From contig LSRY02000010.1 in the NCBI GenBank assembly GCA_001643675.2, forward strand, positions 1,866,039 to 1,930,038: 64,000 nucleotides of DNA, written 5' to 3'. Position 1 is the stretch's first letter; each line of letters opens with the position of its first letter. The translations under genes were made by a program, and so were the position numbers. Shown here piece by piece: positions 1-14,700 of this stretch. The notes under the pieces are model-generated. The model did no database searches. It was not told the origin of the DNA and saw nothing but the letters and a program-made list of their open reading frames with translations. The DNA comes from Monocercomonoides exilis PA203 (lineage: Eukaryota > Protista > Preaxostyla).

Positions 1-2
1 CC

Positions 3-809
3 TCTGCCTCTCCTTCCATTCCCTTTGCTCGCCGCCCGCCTCGTTCTCCTCCTTCTGCGCCTTCTGCCCCTTCCGCCACTCAGCTGCAGCACAGCCAGTT
101 CAATCGGCACGGACACAGCCACAGCCACCGCAGACTGCCCTTCTTCACTCCGCTCCACAACTCACTCGCTGCCACCTCCTCCTCTGCCTCTTATCTCAGC
201 TACAAGCCTGTGCCTATCAAGTCCTGGCTGTGTGCCCTCTTCCCGCGCAGAGAGACACGCCACTCGTTTGTGCAGATGCTGGTGATGCTGTTTGCGCGTA
301 TTGACAGACAGCAGACGGCTCGCTGCTCTTTCTTCGGCTACAACGAGTCTGCAGTCTTTGAGCAGCCCTATATGTCTTCTGTTCCCCTCTCTCAGATTTC
401 ACTCCCTGCTTCACAGCAGCCTCTGTCATCCACATCCCACCCTGCTTTGTCTCTGCGCTCTCCCTCGTCTGTCACTGGGCCATCGCTCGGCCGTCCTCCT
501 TCTCCTTCTCCCTCTGTCTCTTCCCTCTCTTCACTTACAGCCCGTGCCCCGTCTGAGGAAAGGGCCTCGTATCCATATGGAGTCACTTCCTCAGCGATGG
601 CTGTTGGCAGAGCAGCAAGTGAAAGGGCAGAGTTTGCTGCGCCGAAGCCAAAAGCGAAGCCCCGCCCGAAGAAGCTGCAAGCAGAGCAGCAGCACGAATA
701 CCTGTCGAATGGGCGGATGGTGATTGAGAAGTTTTCGACACTTCTGAAACAGGCTAACTCAGATTCACCACAAAAGCCAAGGAACAAGAAAGAGAAGAAG
801 AAGAATTAG
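3..809 (+). CDS. 3' part of a Ser/Pro-rich hypothetical protein (5' end outside the window)
   Basis: The frame of ORF 210..809 is open back to the window start. GC-rich coding-like composition drops to AT-rich after the TAG at 807-809. Basic C-terminus (KPRNKKEKKKN). Confidence 0.7.
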   Translation, partial: SASPSIPFARRPPRSPPSAPSAPSATQLQHSQFNRHGHSHSHRRLPFFTPLHNSLAATSSSASYLSYKPVPIKSWLCALFPRRETRHSFVQMLVMLFARIDRQQTARCSFFGYNESAVFEQPYMSSVPLSQISLPASQQPLSSTSHPALSLRSPSSVTGPSLGRPPSPSPSVSSLSSLTARAPSEERASYPYGVTSSAMAVGRAASERAEFAAPKPKAKPRPKKLQAEQQHEYLSNGRMVIEKFSTLLKQANSDSPQKPRNKKEKKKN

Positions 810-1367
810 GAGATGAAAAAAATAAAAATGTGAAAATTTTAGGAGAAATAAAATTGTTAGAAATGTTCGGAATTTGTTGATTGTTGTTATCTTTGTGTCA
901 CTTCACCTAGTCAATAAAGATTGACTGGCTTTTCTTTTTATTACATTTGTGATAAAATTCTGTTTGTTTAAAATATTTTCTGGTAAAATTGTCACAAAAA
1001 TCCTTACACCTTCTATTGTCTCAAAGCTCAATAAAAATAGTGAAAGTTACAAATGAAAAAGCAAAAATTTGGAAGAACAACGAAAATTGCAGGAAAGGAA
1101 ACATGAAAGGCTTTCAAAAATAACTTCAAAAATAACTTCAAAATGAGTAACATTAATAAATAATCTATTAGATAAATGATAATTCCAACACTATTTTTCT
1201 CGTTTTCTTTTCTGCAACTTTCATTCAAGCAAAGAAAGAGAAGAATGCTCAAACAAAAATAAAATGCAAAATTAATAATTTTTTTCTTTTTTTTTCATTT
1301 TTAAATCTTGAAGAATTCAATGCGCCCGCCAATTCATTGTTGAATTGCTGAAGTGAGTGGGAGAGGA

Positions 1368-3267
1368 CTATCCTTGTATCCCGTATTCCTTCGTCCATTT
1401 ATCGCATTCCGCAACATCCCTCGGAGAAACAGATGGCCGAGTGTGCTTTAGAGATGAAAGCATGTGCTCCTATAAATTGTATAGTGCAATATAGAAAACA
1501 AAACAAAGCAAGAAAATTTAAATAAAATAAAATAAAATAAAATAAAATAAAAAATAAAAAATAAAATAAAATAAAATAAAATAAAATAAAGGAATATTTT
1601 TGAATAATACCATTGTGACTGGAGGAGTGTGCAATTCATTTGGAGGAATGCTCATCAAATTCATTGCCACTGCACCTGGCTCAGATGCCGACACGCCCAC
1701 CCATTTCTCTGTCGTGGTGCCGTCATCCTCTGTAATGGGGCACTTTTTGAAATGTGTTGTTTTCTGTAGTTGTCTAATCGGCTGCATAAGCGCATCACGC
1801 ACAACAATAGACACATCCGATCCGGAAAATCTGAAAAGCAAAACAATAATTTTTTTTTTCAAATGAAAGGAATTATTTTCAATAAAATATTTGCAGAAAA
1901 ATAATTATTATTATAATTAATTCGATTATTTCCATCAACAACTTAACAAACCCTTCGGATTTTTCGCCCAAAATCCTGAAGTCTTCGTCTGTTAAAGTGT
2001 TTGGTGTCTTTCCTAAATGGATACGGAACATTTCTTTTCTTGCATTTGCATCCGGAAGAGTTATCAAAATTCTCTTTTCAAATCTTCTGATGACTGCTGA
2101 ATCCAAATCCCATGGCCTGTTGGTTGCGCCCAAAAATAGGATCCCGTCATTCTGTGTGCCGACGCCTTGCATCTGCACCAGCAGCTCCGTCTTCACTCCC
2201 CTATGTGCATTTGAGTCATATTCTCCTCTCTTTCCGGCAATTGAATCGATTTCATCGATAAACACAATAGATGGTTTGTTCTCTCGTGCCATTTCAAAAA
2301 GAGAGCGCACAAGCCTTTCACTTTCCCCGATCCATTTCGATATCAGATCTGAAGAAGAAATAGAAAAGAATGTTGCATCAACTTCTGTTGCAACTGCTTT
2401 CGCCAAAAATGATTTTCCTGTTCCGGGTGGCTTAAAAAAAATAACAGAAAGAAATAAATTTCATTAAAAATCGTTGATAACAAAGAGACACATAAAAATA
2501 TCAGTTATTTCGTTTTTTAAAAGGCTTTTTTTCTTCAAACCCCATAGAGCAAAATTCCTTTCCAAGGCTTTCGTTCACCAACAAATAAGTCTGGAAACTT
2601 TATTGGAAGAATAGCGGCTTCACTCAAAGATTGTTTTGCATTGTCCAATCCAGCCACGTCATCCCATTTAACATTCGGCTTTTCTCTAACAATTGCACCT
2701 TCCAGAGCATCTTTCAATTCTTTGTTTTCACCATCGTGTCCAGAACCTTTTCTATAATAAACGTGTGAAGCGGATCAGTAATATGTGAACAAAAAAGTAC
2801 AATTTATTGATATACGATTTTGATTTTTTCTCATCTGTTTTTGGAGGAACTTTGCCTTTCTCGAGTTGAGGAAGTTGTTTTTCGATTTCATCGGCTCGGT
2901 TTAACATATCTGTCAGAATCTCTTTGTTTTTTGCTTTTGTTTCAGAATTGCTTTCATCTAAAAATTGAATTTGTTTTTTTTTAAATTGTGCACTTTTCTA
3001 ATAACAGAACAAGAACAAACATTTCATTGCAAAAGACAATGCTTGACAACTACTTCTATATTTATCCAAAGCTAATCGAAATACTTTTGCATTTTCTGCT
3101 GCAATCGCAGCTTCTCTAAGCTCCATCGCCTGGTTTTTGGAAAGAAATATAAATGGAAATTTTATTCAAAATTAGTAACAAAAAATAGATGTACATTTCA
3201 TGAATGAATTTTTTCCTGGTGCATTCAATTTCCAAACCTGATCCACAAAGAACTGTGAATTTGCCAT
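1368..3267 (-). CDS. VPS4: Vacuolar protein sorting 4 AAA+ ATPase (MIT + AAA + Vps4_C), multi-exon
   Basis: [22 protein letters not shown]|[77 protein letters not shown] and C-terminal TRPSVS...[12 protein letters not shown] at 3267, TAG at 1368-1370, GT-AG introns. Confidence 0.95.
1518..1590. repeat. (AAAAT)n microsatellite in a VPS4 intron
   Basis: Direct reading of the sequence. Confidence 0.9.
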
Positions 3268-3763
3268 TTTTGATCAACTAACCATATTCATGTTTTCAAA
3301 ATCTTTTTCTTTTTTTTTTCACTTTTTGATTCATAGATAGAAATGGTTCGAATGAAAAAATTTATTAACACTGTTTATATGGCAAATTAAATCTTCATCC
3401 CCATCAATTGTTTTTCGCAAAAGAACTTAAAAAAAAAAAAATAAATTTGTTGTGAATAATTTTTTGTGTATTTTTTAAATATTTTAATATTGAAGAATAA
3501 AGATAACTTGATTTGAAAATGCGCTCTGTACACTCAATTAACAATATGTAATAAATATTATTTATTTAAACAAAAAAAATTTTTTTTAAATATAAAAATA
3601 AAGTATAAAAATTTAGTCAAATCATGCAAGTTCATGACATGAAGCCAAATACAAGAGTTGGGAATCAATGGCATGGATTTGAGAATCTTTAAAATACAAA
3701 ATCAAGATAAACTCATATTAATGGATTATAAGTTTTTAATAATTTACTTTTATCATGGAACCT

Positions 3764-5438
3764 TTAAAATAGACGAGGGTTATATCTCGAGAAGATGCCT
3801 TCAATACCATAATCAATGTCATATCTCGGTTTTGTGGGAGGGGTTCCTTTTATCATCCAGAAGGAATCAACATTATCTTTTTGTCGCAGAGATTCCACAA
3901 CATCGCGCAATCCTGACTCTTCCAGCGCGTCTTCCAGCTTGCTGTATAATATCGCCCCTGTGTTGTCGTGCTTCTCCGCTTCCTCTTCATCCTCTACGAA
4001 GTCAACGGTGTCGCATTTCGCGATCTGTTTGGTGCTCAAATACATTCCGAAGCAAGCTGGAAGACATACCTCTTTCTCCTTGTAAGTTATGCCACTCCAG
4101 CTTCTCGAAAGATTTTGACGAAAGGCAAAGTCGATTGTTGGGTTTTTCTTCGTCTGTTCAATTATGCTATTCACAGGCTTGATCTGCTCGAGACGCAGCT
4201 TGCGCGAGGGGAGTGTGAAGATAAGTGAAGTCTCGCGAATGCTAACAACAGCCTTGATAATTAGAGAGTACTGGCAATTCCTCCGTTCCACCATCCATTT
4301 CACCAGCTCAGACACAAACCCCATCTCAAACGCATACGGCAGCTCGCTCGAAACCTTCATCAGAACAGCAGCGGCAGTCAACGCCAGCATCAAGGGCACA
4401 GCCTCCAGCGAAGACGAATGAAAATGGTTGTTCATCTGGATGCCGATGGCAAGCGGAGCACGCAACTGAAAGCGGCAGGACAATTTCTGGATGATATTGC
4501 GAAAGAATGGGTGCAGAACAATTACATCAGCATTCTTCCGATTTGCAATGACTGCAGATAAAATGCAGCCGAACCTGTGATTCAAGCGGTGGGCAGTGAA
4601 CGAGTAGTGGTAAGGCTTGACAGGCAGCTTGCGTTTGTATTCAACTTGTGCGTGCAAAGGATCCATCGCAAAATGATTTAAGTTTGCAACAATAAAAGGC
4701 AGAGCAATTGTGACTCCGTACGACTGCGCATCAGAGAAAGACAAAGAGGCCACGTCGTAGTCACTCCCTGTCAAGAAATCGCTCATGACAGGCACGAAGG
4801 CAGCCAGCGACAGGTCGTTAGGCATCGCCCTGTGTCTTCTGAGCAGATAAGGATCGTTGTCTTCCCAATTGGCATCCCATCCGGGTGAAGAATAAGTTGG
4901 ATCCTTTTCTCTTGCGATGATGTCTGACGTCTCCTTTTCTATCAAAAGAAGGTCAGCAGAAATCTGTGACTCGACCTCAGGCAAACAACGCAACAGCATA
5001 GAATCAGGCATCACCATAAACAAGAGTTCTACACAAGAAGCAGCCAGGGTGTAAAAGCGTTTCATTGGAAAACTGGGAAAATGTGAATGAAAAATAAAAA
5101 TAAAACATGTGAATGGAGTTGTTGTTGTGATGAAATTGATGGAGGAAGAAGGAAAATTCAAGCAAATACAAAATGGTGAAGGCAGACTTCATTAGTCGCT
5201 TTAAACGATCCAATAATGCTGTGAACAAAATTTCAGGTGCTTTTTCAATGTTTCTTCGATTTGTTTGAGACTCTAACAAGATAAAAAAGTGTCAAAGCCA
5301 AACAAAAACAAAAATGTGTTAAATTCAAAAATGGAATTAATCAAAATAAATAAATAAAAAGAAAGAATTGAAAATATGAATAAAACATAAAACCAAAATT
5401 TTATGCAGTTCATGCACATATCAACAGTATAAGCATTC

Positions 5439-5471
<33 letters not shown>

Positions 5472-5504
5472 TGAAGATAGATAGAGAGAGAGAGAAAGAG
5501 AAAG

Positions 5505-5535
<31 letters not shown>

Positions 5536-7260
5536 TAAAATAGAACCACTCCGCTTCATATAAAATCATACGAATTGAGTGCAAGCATTTCGCAACAGTC
5601 AAAAGTGTCATTTGCAATTGCTTCATATTTTCTGTGACGTCACACGCTGTCAAAGGGACCCCTCTCCCACGAGCTTCGTAGCTGTCAGCATCTTCGAGAA
5701 CATCTGAGTCAGAATCGTCTTCTTCGTTATCATTATCATCATCTTCTTCTTCTTCTTCCTCCTCTTCTTTTGCTTCCTCTTGTTCGCTCTCTTTCTTTTC
5801 ATTCTTTTTCCCAGATATTTTTCTAACCTCTTTCCCTCTTTTCTTCCTTGCCGCTTGCTTCACTTTTTCCATTTCTTTCATTCTCATTTCTTTCTCTTTC
5901 TGAGCTTTTTCATCCAACTCTTTTGTTTTCTGCGTGAGATACTCTTCTTCAGCCCCATCTGGCAATATCAGCCCTTCTGACAGTATTGAAAGCATCGTTT
6001 CTGGGAGTACCGGCCAATCCAATCGATTTTCTAGCATCTGAAAGACGCAGACTGCTTCAAGGCGAACAGAAAAGGGCAAAGTTGGTTTCTTTTCCTTTTC
6101 GGATGCTTTTGATGAGTCACCTGTCTTTAACTCGTCTGGCTTATCAGAATCAGCTTCAGCTGGCTTTCCAACTTTCTTCGATTTCGCTGAGTGTTCTGCA
6201 TTTTGCTTTCGCTTATTGTTGTTCGAAAGCTTCCCTTTTTGCTTTGCTTGTGAGGAGCTCTCCTTCTTTGAATGGATTTTATTCTCAAAAGTTGCTTTCT
6301 TCTCATCACTTTCATCGTCAGCAGTGAAAAATTCTTTAATAAGTTCTTCTTCTTCAGTTCCTGCCATGATTGCATCAAAAAATTTTCGCTTATTTGAAAC
6401 ATATCGCTGATAGCAATCATTCCGTTGATACATTCCTAAAATGATCTCGAGAATGACAAAACGAAAGTTATTCAACCATGAACGTTCATTGGAGCAGAAA
6501 TAAATCTTGCTGTGCCATCGTTTATCAAATACAACAGCGTGCGTAAGAGCTTCGATTGCAGCATGAATGCCTTCTGGGATATCGCATCTGATAAGAATTT
6601 TTCGTATTCCTTCAAACAGCCCCTGTTTCATGATTGGTGCAAATTCATTAGAGTTGATAATCCTCATCAAATGAAATAGGATTTTGCACAAAACGATCAA
6701 AGTCTCGTCACTCTCTGAAGCATTAATCTGGGTTACTATTAATGGAATCAACTTTTCATCCAAAATAATATCGTGAAGCAAAGGAGATAGTGAATAATAT
6801 GAAACTCCAACAATTCTTTTTGAAGAAAGGTTGACATGAAACTCTAATTTTTCACTTGGATTTACTGCAACTTTTCTCGCTTTTAAAGAACGAAAATCTT
6901 CGGAAAATGATTCAGGGTTCAAAATAATCTCCAAAATAGATCCAAAGCTTCTCACTTCTTCTTCGGAATTTGTCATAGAAAAAACTATGTTTCCGGCTCT
7001 TATCAAAGAATCTAATATCCTTGCTGGAATCACATCTATTTTCCCTTTGAAATTAAGAATTATATCCTTAATTTCTTGTAAATGTTCTTTTAAATGTTGC
7101 GATTTCAAAAATTTGGGGCTGAAACAAAACGTTCAAATAAACAAGAAAAAAATTAACAATATGTTTCAAACGTTAATTGTTCAACCAACTCTTCTAATCT
7201 ATCAATCACTTTGAAAAGACATGTTTCAAAAAAAGGAAATTCGGTCAAATGAATTTTTAA
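3764..7260 (-). CDS. Hypothetical protein with helical segments and a Lys/Glu/Asp-rich middle, multi-exon (5' end uncertain)
   Basis: Long co-oriented ORFs 5273..7108 and 3764..5161 separated by AT/microsatellite-rich introns, plus an upstream exon (LTEFPFFETCLFKVIDRLEELVEQL). No family recognised. Confidence 0.6.
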
Positions 7261-7869
7261 TAACACTTATAAATCAAACATGGACCCTTTTCTTCATGTA
7301 CTTTGTATCCCTTGAATTTCGTATTTTTTTAATGAAATTTTCAAAGTCAAGAACGATGAAAACAAATAATTGATATTATCATTCACATATACGGAAAAAA
7401 TGCAAAACTGTTTTTGTGGGACAGCAAAACTATAACAATTCAAACTCCTGTAGCTATTTTTATTATTTGACTCTTCTTTAATTTTTCGGATAATTTTGAC
7501 ATTGAAACAAAATTTTTTGTTTATGGGGATTTTATTTCTTAAGGTTTTCTTTGTGAAAATGCTTTTTTCTTTTCTTTAGTGAATGAACTATTGTAATGAC
7601 TAAAAAATAGGAAAATGTGACAAATTAAAAAAATTTAAAAAGCTCAATTTCTCATTAAAAAAATTTATTCTTTCTTAAACAAGTTTGAAAAACATTTCCA
7701 AAAAGTCATCAGCAAATGTGAAGAGTAATGGCCAATGCATCGTGCGCATTCTCAATACAGAAAGTATAATTCTTAAAAATTTTCAAAGTCATTATGAATA
7801 TTTATCATCTCAACGAAAAGCATCATGCAAATATTTGCCTAAAACTATTCAATCTAACAAGAAATTGTT

Positions 7870-8572
7870 TCATGTTCCTGTTTCAGACGGTGAACCCTTC
7901 GATTGCAATGGCTCGTCCGAAGACGGCTGGGCCTCCTGCGATTCTTCAGATGGCTGGGGAGGAGTCGGCGGTGGTGGTTCAGAGATTGGCTTGGAGCCGA
8001 TCCAGTGCATGCAGTCAGCAGCAAGTGTGGCGATTGTGTGGCTGGTGCGATGGAACCGCTGCTCAACAATGTTCAACGCTTTGACAACACGCTCGTCTTT
8101 CAGCTTCGGAGAAATTGTGGCTGTTAAGAGGGGGAGGGGGGGAGGGGGGGTAAATAAATAAATAAATAAATAAAATAGGAATGTTTGGTTATTTCGGAAA
8201 TCATATTTGATTATATAAAATTCGAATTATAATTTATTTATTTATTTATTTATTATATTATATTATATTATATTTTAAATTCAACAGAAGAAAATACACA
8301 CGTGCTGAAAGGATGCGATGGAGTGCTTCTAAACTGACAAGAATGATTGACTTGCAGTTCTTCAGGTAATACACCATCGACCTGACAATCTGTTTGAAGC
8401 TGTCTTTTTGCACTAATTCGACTTGCCACGTGGCTGATAGATGCCAAACAAAACAAAGAGGGGGAAAAAAAATAATAAGGAAAAGATAAATGATTCAGAA
8501 TAAGAGGTTTCAAGGAATCATTTCAAGAGATTCAAAAATAATCAGATCCAACAAATAAATAAAGAACAAGAA

Positions 8573-8628
<56 letters not shown>

Positions 8629-8864
8629 ATAAGTTAATATAAAGATGAAGAGCAGCAAGAACAAAGGAACATACAATCGATGCTGAGGTTTCTCAAGACG
8701 AGCGAGGCGTATCGGATGACCACCCAGTTTCTTTCCATGTAGCGAGCCATCACACTCGGAATGACCAAAGAGGCATTCGAACGGAGAAAAGGCTCAAATG
8801 ACATGGCTGTGGCGAATGAAAGAGTCGGAATGGGATTAAATGTTGGATGAATGTTATTTTGAAA

Positions 8865-8924
<60 letters not shown>

Positions 8925-9535
8925 GATAATAATGATAATAATGATAATAATGATAATAATTGGAATATTTCATTCATGAAGCAAAAACAAAGCAATAAAA
9001 AGAGAAAGCAAAGTCTTTTCAGATCAGAAAGAGAGAAGATATAGAAAATGCACACGGTTGAGTGAAATTTTCGCTAAAGTCGATAAAATTAGGCAGACAA
9101 TAGTTTTGTCTGTGTATTGGAAGTTGAGGAGCGTCATAAGTGCTTCAACACCGCTATTCTCAATGATTGAAGGCACACAAACATCTGAAAAAAAGAAAAG
9201 AAAATACAAAGATGTATTTGTTTGTTCAGAAAAAAAAAGTTGTTTCAAAAGCATTCAAAAATTAGAAACATTGTTTAATTCAAAATTTTTAGTGAATGAA
9301 AAATGAACCAAATAAATAAGCAAACCATAGAGAGATGCTTCTTTGTAAGCAGAGGCCAATATTCTGAGGGTGATTCTGTGGTCTTCGTCGCCCAGTGTTC
9401 GCGCTGCCCTGGAAAGTGCTCTTGCCACATTCGACGAGATAAAGCGCTTGATATGATCGCCTAATACATTCATTCATTCATTCATATATACAGCAGCCAT
9501 CATATCCAAAAATACAATGAATTATTTCAATAATC

Positions 9536-9599
<64 letters not shown>

Positions 9600-11148
9600 A
9601 CAAGTGTCTAATAAAAGCATTCAATGATCACAAAACAAAACCGTTGTAGATGAGAGAGGCCAGAGCGATGCACCCGTCTCTCACCAGCGCCGAGTTGTAG
9701 GCGAAGTTCTCGATGCACTTGGCGATGATCTCGTCAGCCCCGTTTGACCGGCACGACTGTCTGCACTCCGCCGAGCTCGACATCACCGCCAGCGTCACAA
9801 ACGCGAACTGCACAATTGCCAAGTTCCCGGTCGTATGCTTGGTGATCGTCCGCCCCAAATACGCTGCCAGCTTCTGCTGTTCGGCTTCTATGCGGGCGCG
9901 CTTGAAGGGCATCAGCTTGCGGAGGCAGCGGCAGATTTCGAGCGCAGCCTTCTCGTCGTTGAAGTTGTGGTGAAGGATTTTCGTGAGAATGGCTGTGATG
10001 CTTCCTTCCAGCAGTCTGCGACATACTGCAGCTGTTTGCCGGAACAATATGAAAAATGTAGCATTTCCGTTTAAATAAAACGCAAATAATGAAAATTCAA
10101 TTTTTTTAAAAGAAGCTTTGAAGTGGGAAAAGTAGATATCACTTAATAAACAAACCATTATCAATTAAGCATGCAAGCACGGCAGCCCCATTGCAAGCCA
10201 CTTGCGCTTCTTTTGCAAACATGTTCATCGCTTTTACCACTTCGACAGGACCATCCAAGCGAATGATTTGATTCATGAGTACATCTTTATAATATCATAA
10301 AGCAATTGCAGCAAGATAAATCCAGATGTTTAAATTTCAAAGAAGTTGAAGCACTTATTAGTTAAAAAGGAAATCTCAAACCGTTTGCGCAGCACAATTT
10401 CAGTATATTTAGGTTTGCAACTGCAAAATCCTTATCTCTTGTAAATGTATTGATTTGAGGAATAATATTGTGTAAGAGATGATCAGTCTCCAATAAAATG
10501 CGAATATCATCTAAAAAATAAAATTTGCGTTTCAAATAGAATTGCATTGCACTTAACTCATACCATATTCTAGAAGAATAATTAGGATATTGAGAATTTG
10601 GTTAACGAAGAGGATTTCTTTTGCAGATTGTTGAGCAACGACTCTTAATAAAATGTTCATAACTTTATTGTTCACAAGTGTCATTAAGTTTTTGGCTGAA
10701 AATTTAAGTTATCGCAAAACGAATCAATTGAATTAATAACCGTTATTCAAAAAAAAATTCTTTCGATATCAAACGTCTTCGAGCAAGAATTGAAATAATA
10801 TCTCCAAGAAGATGAATTGTTGATGTATCAGTTGTTGTTCTGTACAAACATATGTTTTGAAAATCTGAAAACCACTGGTGGAAAATAAATAAATATGCAA
10901 ACTGAAACGTCTCCAGCGTCAATTTAATTAATTCTTCATCGTCTAATTCATCGCTGTATGCAATGATAAGTGGATTATCGTATCGAACAATTAAAATTTT
11001 TGCCTTGGCGTTTAGTCGATTGTAATCTCTTCTTCTCAAGCACACTTTCAATGTTTCCACAATATCATCTTCATGTAATTATATGATTTTTAATATTTCA
11101 TGTTTATGTGAGCAAACCGTCATCTGCACCCAACTCAAATAACGACAT
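7870..11148 (-). CDS. Armadillo/HEAT-repeat-like protein, many short exons
   Basis: Exon peptides such as IIENSGVEALMTLL, RRLLEGSITAILTKIL, NLAIVQFAFVTLAVMS and LVRDGCIALASL have ARM-type periodicity. Probable ATG at 11148 (MSLFELGADD), stop at 7870. Confidence 0.65.
8570..8960. repeat. Intronic microsatellites (AAAG)n, (AAAT)n and (AATGATAAT)n
   Basis: Direct reading at about 8573-8628, 8862-8921 and 8921-8960. Confidence 0.85.
9541..9598. repeat. 58-nt poly(A) tract (poly-T on the coding strand) in an intron
   Basis: Uninterrupted A run. Confidence 0.9.
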
Positions 11149-11711
11149 TACGGAAAGATTGAATCATACAAATATCACAAAAATTATGTTATGGCCGAAA
11201 AGAACGAATAGACGGATTGTGAATCGAAGATCATTTACTGAAAAATTATTAATCATGAATTTATAAAATGAAAAAAATGATGATCGAATGTATAATTATG
11301 TTTTTTGGATTAGAAAGTCATTTTTCTTTTGTAATTTTGGATAACTGGTTTTATTATGAGTGTTGCGTATATAGCCTTAATGGTTCTTTGTGGTTTAAAA
11401 GCAGTATGATTCTATATTAATGATTTGGAGAAATTTAAATTACTATTTCTATTTGGATAATTTTGGTTCCAATTGAAGGATGAAATCGCAAAAACATCAT
11501 TTAAAAATGAAACAAATACAAATAATATATATTATTATCTTGAAAATTTTGAAGGTTTTATTTTATAAATTACTTTACTTGTAAATCTGTTAAAACAATA
11601 TAATCATTGCTTAGCGTTAAAAATTAGAGAAGATATCAGTCGTTTCGAAGTAAATTGCAATAGAACATGTGCAAGCATTAAAATTTCAAATTCAAGCTTG
11701 AAATTGAGTCA

Positions 11712-14700
11712 TTGCAATTGATGCCAGCTTTCAAAAAAAGTATTTGCAATGTTGAAAATATTTCTTTTCTCTTTGTAAATTCATGCGTGTTCATTTCATC
11801 GCACAATAAATTTGGCATTTCATTATCTTCTCCTTCTGATGTTGGAGGCAACAATGTTGCTCTTTTTAATATCAGCTTGATATCAAATTCATCGAATCGT
11901 TGTGTTGGTGCTATCATCCATACTTCCAAGCCTCATTTTCTATATATGTTTCGATCAATTGTTTATGTTGCATTTTCCAAATTTTCTTCGTTGGTATGTG
12001 AATCTAGTTCGCTTATCGGAAGTCAAAGCCATGGTTTTGTTTTCTTGGAATACTCGATTTTTGCAAACATATCATCATCCAATACACTTCAAACAACTTC
12101 ATCTATTGATAGCGAAAACTTCAGCACACTCATTAGCAGCTGCTCGTTTCTGTCAGTCTGTAATGTGGTTGATGGTGGAATTGCCCCTTCTTTGAACAAC
12201 CCTTTATCTTCTTTGTCTGTCTCAAACACCTCGTTTATTGGATGTTGCAGAACAAGAAACGTTGAATGCACTGAAACTGCAGATAATAAATTAAAGCCAG
12301 GCAGACAGAACACAACAGCCAATGGAGCAAACTCATTCATTTGGTGCGAATGGGATGGGTCGAAGACAACAGGAACAGAAAATTCATATGCTGATGGAGC
12401 GTCAAGCGGAGGGGCTATTTGCATGTACAGTCAGACGTCGGCATCTGTGTCTGTTTCGCATTGTGTGTTCAATGGATGCATTGCATACAGCCGGGGCGGG
12501 GGAATAATGTGTTATAATATAAAATCCGTTGAGGTTGTGAACAATTCATTCAATGCATGCACAGCTCAGAATTTCTATGGAGGAGGGTTGTATGTTTATT
12601 TGATTTCAACATGTGTTCGGATCAGCGGATGTGAATTTCAGAATTGCAAAGCAAGCGCTGAAGGAGGAGGTTTGAGATTGGATAATTTTCAGGTTTTAGG
12701 ATCAGGATGCATTCCAACAGAAAATGGAGGAGGGGAGAGTGCGTGTGTGTTTGACTGCAATGCCACTTCATGCTCACTCACGAACAACTGGGGTGGAGGC
12801 ATGTTTTGTCGTGGTGTTCCTGAACAATTTAAAATGAGGAGCGTTCAGTTCATTTCATGCAATGCGTTGACAAGAGGAGGTTGGTTACAACTTGAGCCAG
12901 CAAAAAAAACTTCTCCAAATGAAACGACTTATTGTTATTTCCTCTTCTTCCATGGATGCAAATGTTTTGAAAGCACTCCATATGGTCATGATTTGATTTT
13001 CATGGATAATTACAATGTCTTTTTGAATTCAGATAATCCGTTCTATGAATGTTACGCCACAAACACCGACAATCAGAGAGTGTGCTATGTGTATAATTAT
13101 GCAAGTACAAGTGTTTGGACATTTCAGCACACAGAAAAAAAGTTGTGGCTAAAGAGAGGGATCCTCAATCGATTTGTGGCTGTGAACGGTGGTGATAAAG
13201 AAGAGTTTTGCGGTGTGAATGAATCGCATGCATGCAGAACCATTGGTATTGCAGTCAGTAAAAGTTTGATGCAGATGATCTTTTCGATAATACTGATGGA
13301 AGGGAAGCATGAGAGTGAAGGAACAACAATCAGCATTGGAGAAAAGAAGGTTTCCATTCTTGGAAGAGGAAAGACGGTGAGTGTGATTGGGACAAATTCT
13401 CTTTCTTCGTCTTCGATAGCGCTGTTTAGCATATCTTCTGGTCAACTGGGTGGAACATGTGGGGATCGACCACAACGCAGCAAGGAGTCCATCGCCGAGT
13501 GTGTTTGTGGTGTTTATGGGGAGCGGGACTCTTTCGCTGGAGGATGTGGTGATCGACTCTACGATATCAGGAGGGAATGGAATCTCGTCATCAGTGTTTG
13601 AAGTGGCGCTGTGGCAGCTGAAGATGATTGATGTGGAGATCAAAAATATGAAAATAGCACAGCCTCTTTTCGTTGAACCATCTTCAGCAGGATTTTCATC
13701 AGGAGAGAGTTAGCTGGGTAATGTGACAATTCGGAATGTGAATGGGTGCAGTTGTGTTGGAGGAAAGGGAGGAGGAATATATGTTAGATTGAAGGGAAAT
13801 GGGAAAGTGGTTGTGAGTGGAACGAGTGTGATTGATGGGAATAAGGCAGAGAATAATGAAGGGAGAGGAGGAGGGATGTTTGTGTTGATGGAGAGTGGAG
13901 GATGTGAATTGACAATTGGGCAGAATGTTGAGTTTTCGAAAGTGAATGAGAATGTGGCAGAATATGGGAAGGATGTGTTTGTTGATTGTGGGAGCGGAGT
14001 GTTTTTGGAGTCAAAAGTAAATACCAGCTCGTTTGCATTTTTTGACACAAGAATAATTCCATCAGACGTGTTTCAGTTGAGTGGGAGTGAAAATGGGGAA
14101 GAAAGTGAAGTGATTCCACTGTTTGTGTATTTGTGCTTAATGGGGGTAAAGGTGATTGTTGATGGGAGTGGAGGAAATGGGAAGGATCACAACCATTGTG
14201 GATTTGAAGGGTTTGGCTGTTTGACAGTTGACTATTGTGCGAACTCAAGAATGAGCAGCACTGTAAATGAAATTGAGGTAGTCTCATCTTCGTCAATAAT
14301 CAAAGAAATAGCAGGACCCTTATTTGGTGTGAAAATTTCAGCCGGAATAGCATCATCAGAGGGGGAGAGGATGAGAGTGAATGTGAGTGATGGAGGATCA
14401 GCCACACAAGACTGGATTGTTGGATGTTCGAGTTCACTAACAATGAGCCGACTTTCATTTGTTGTGAAAGGTCAGCTGAATTCAAGGAGAAGTGCATTCA
14501 TTCATTCAACATCAACACTCAGTATGACGAACTGTTCAGTCTCATTTGAGAGTGAGGCATTGACCAATGGAAAGATAGGATATAATGTGATAAACATTGA
14601 GGGAGGGAATCTGATTGTTGATGGATTTGTGATGGAAAGTTCAGTGACAATGAATCGGAAATCGCCAATCACAATGACAAGTGGAGCTCAATTGGAGATT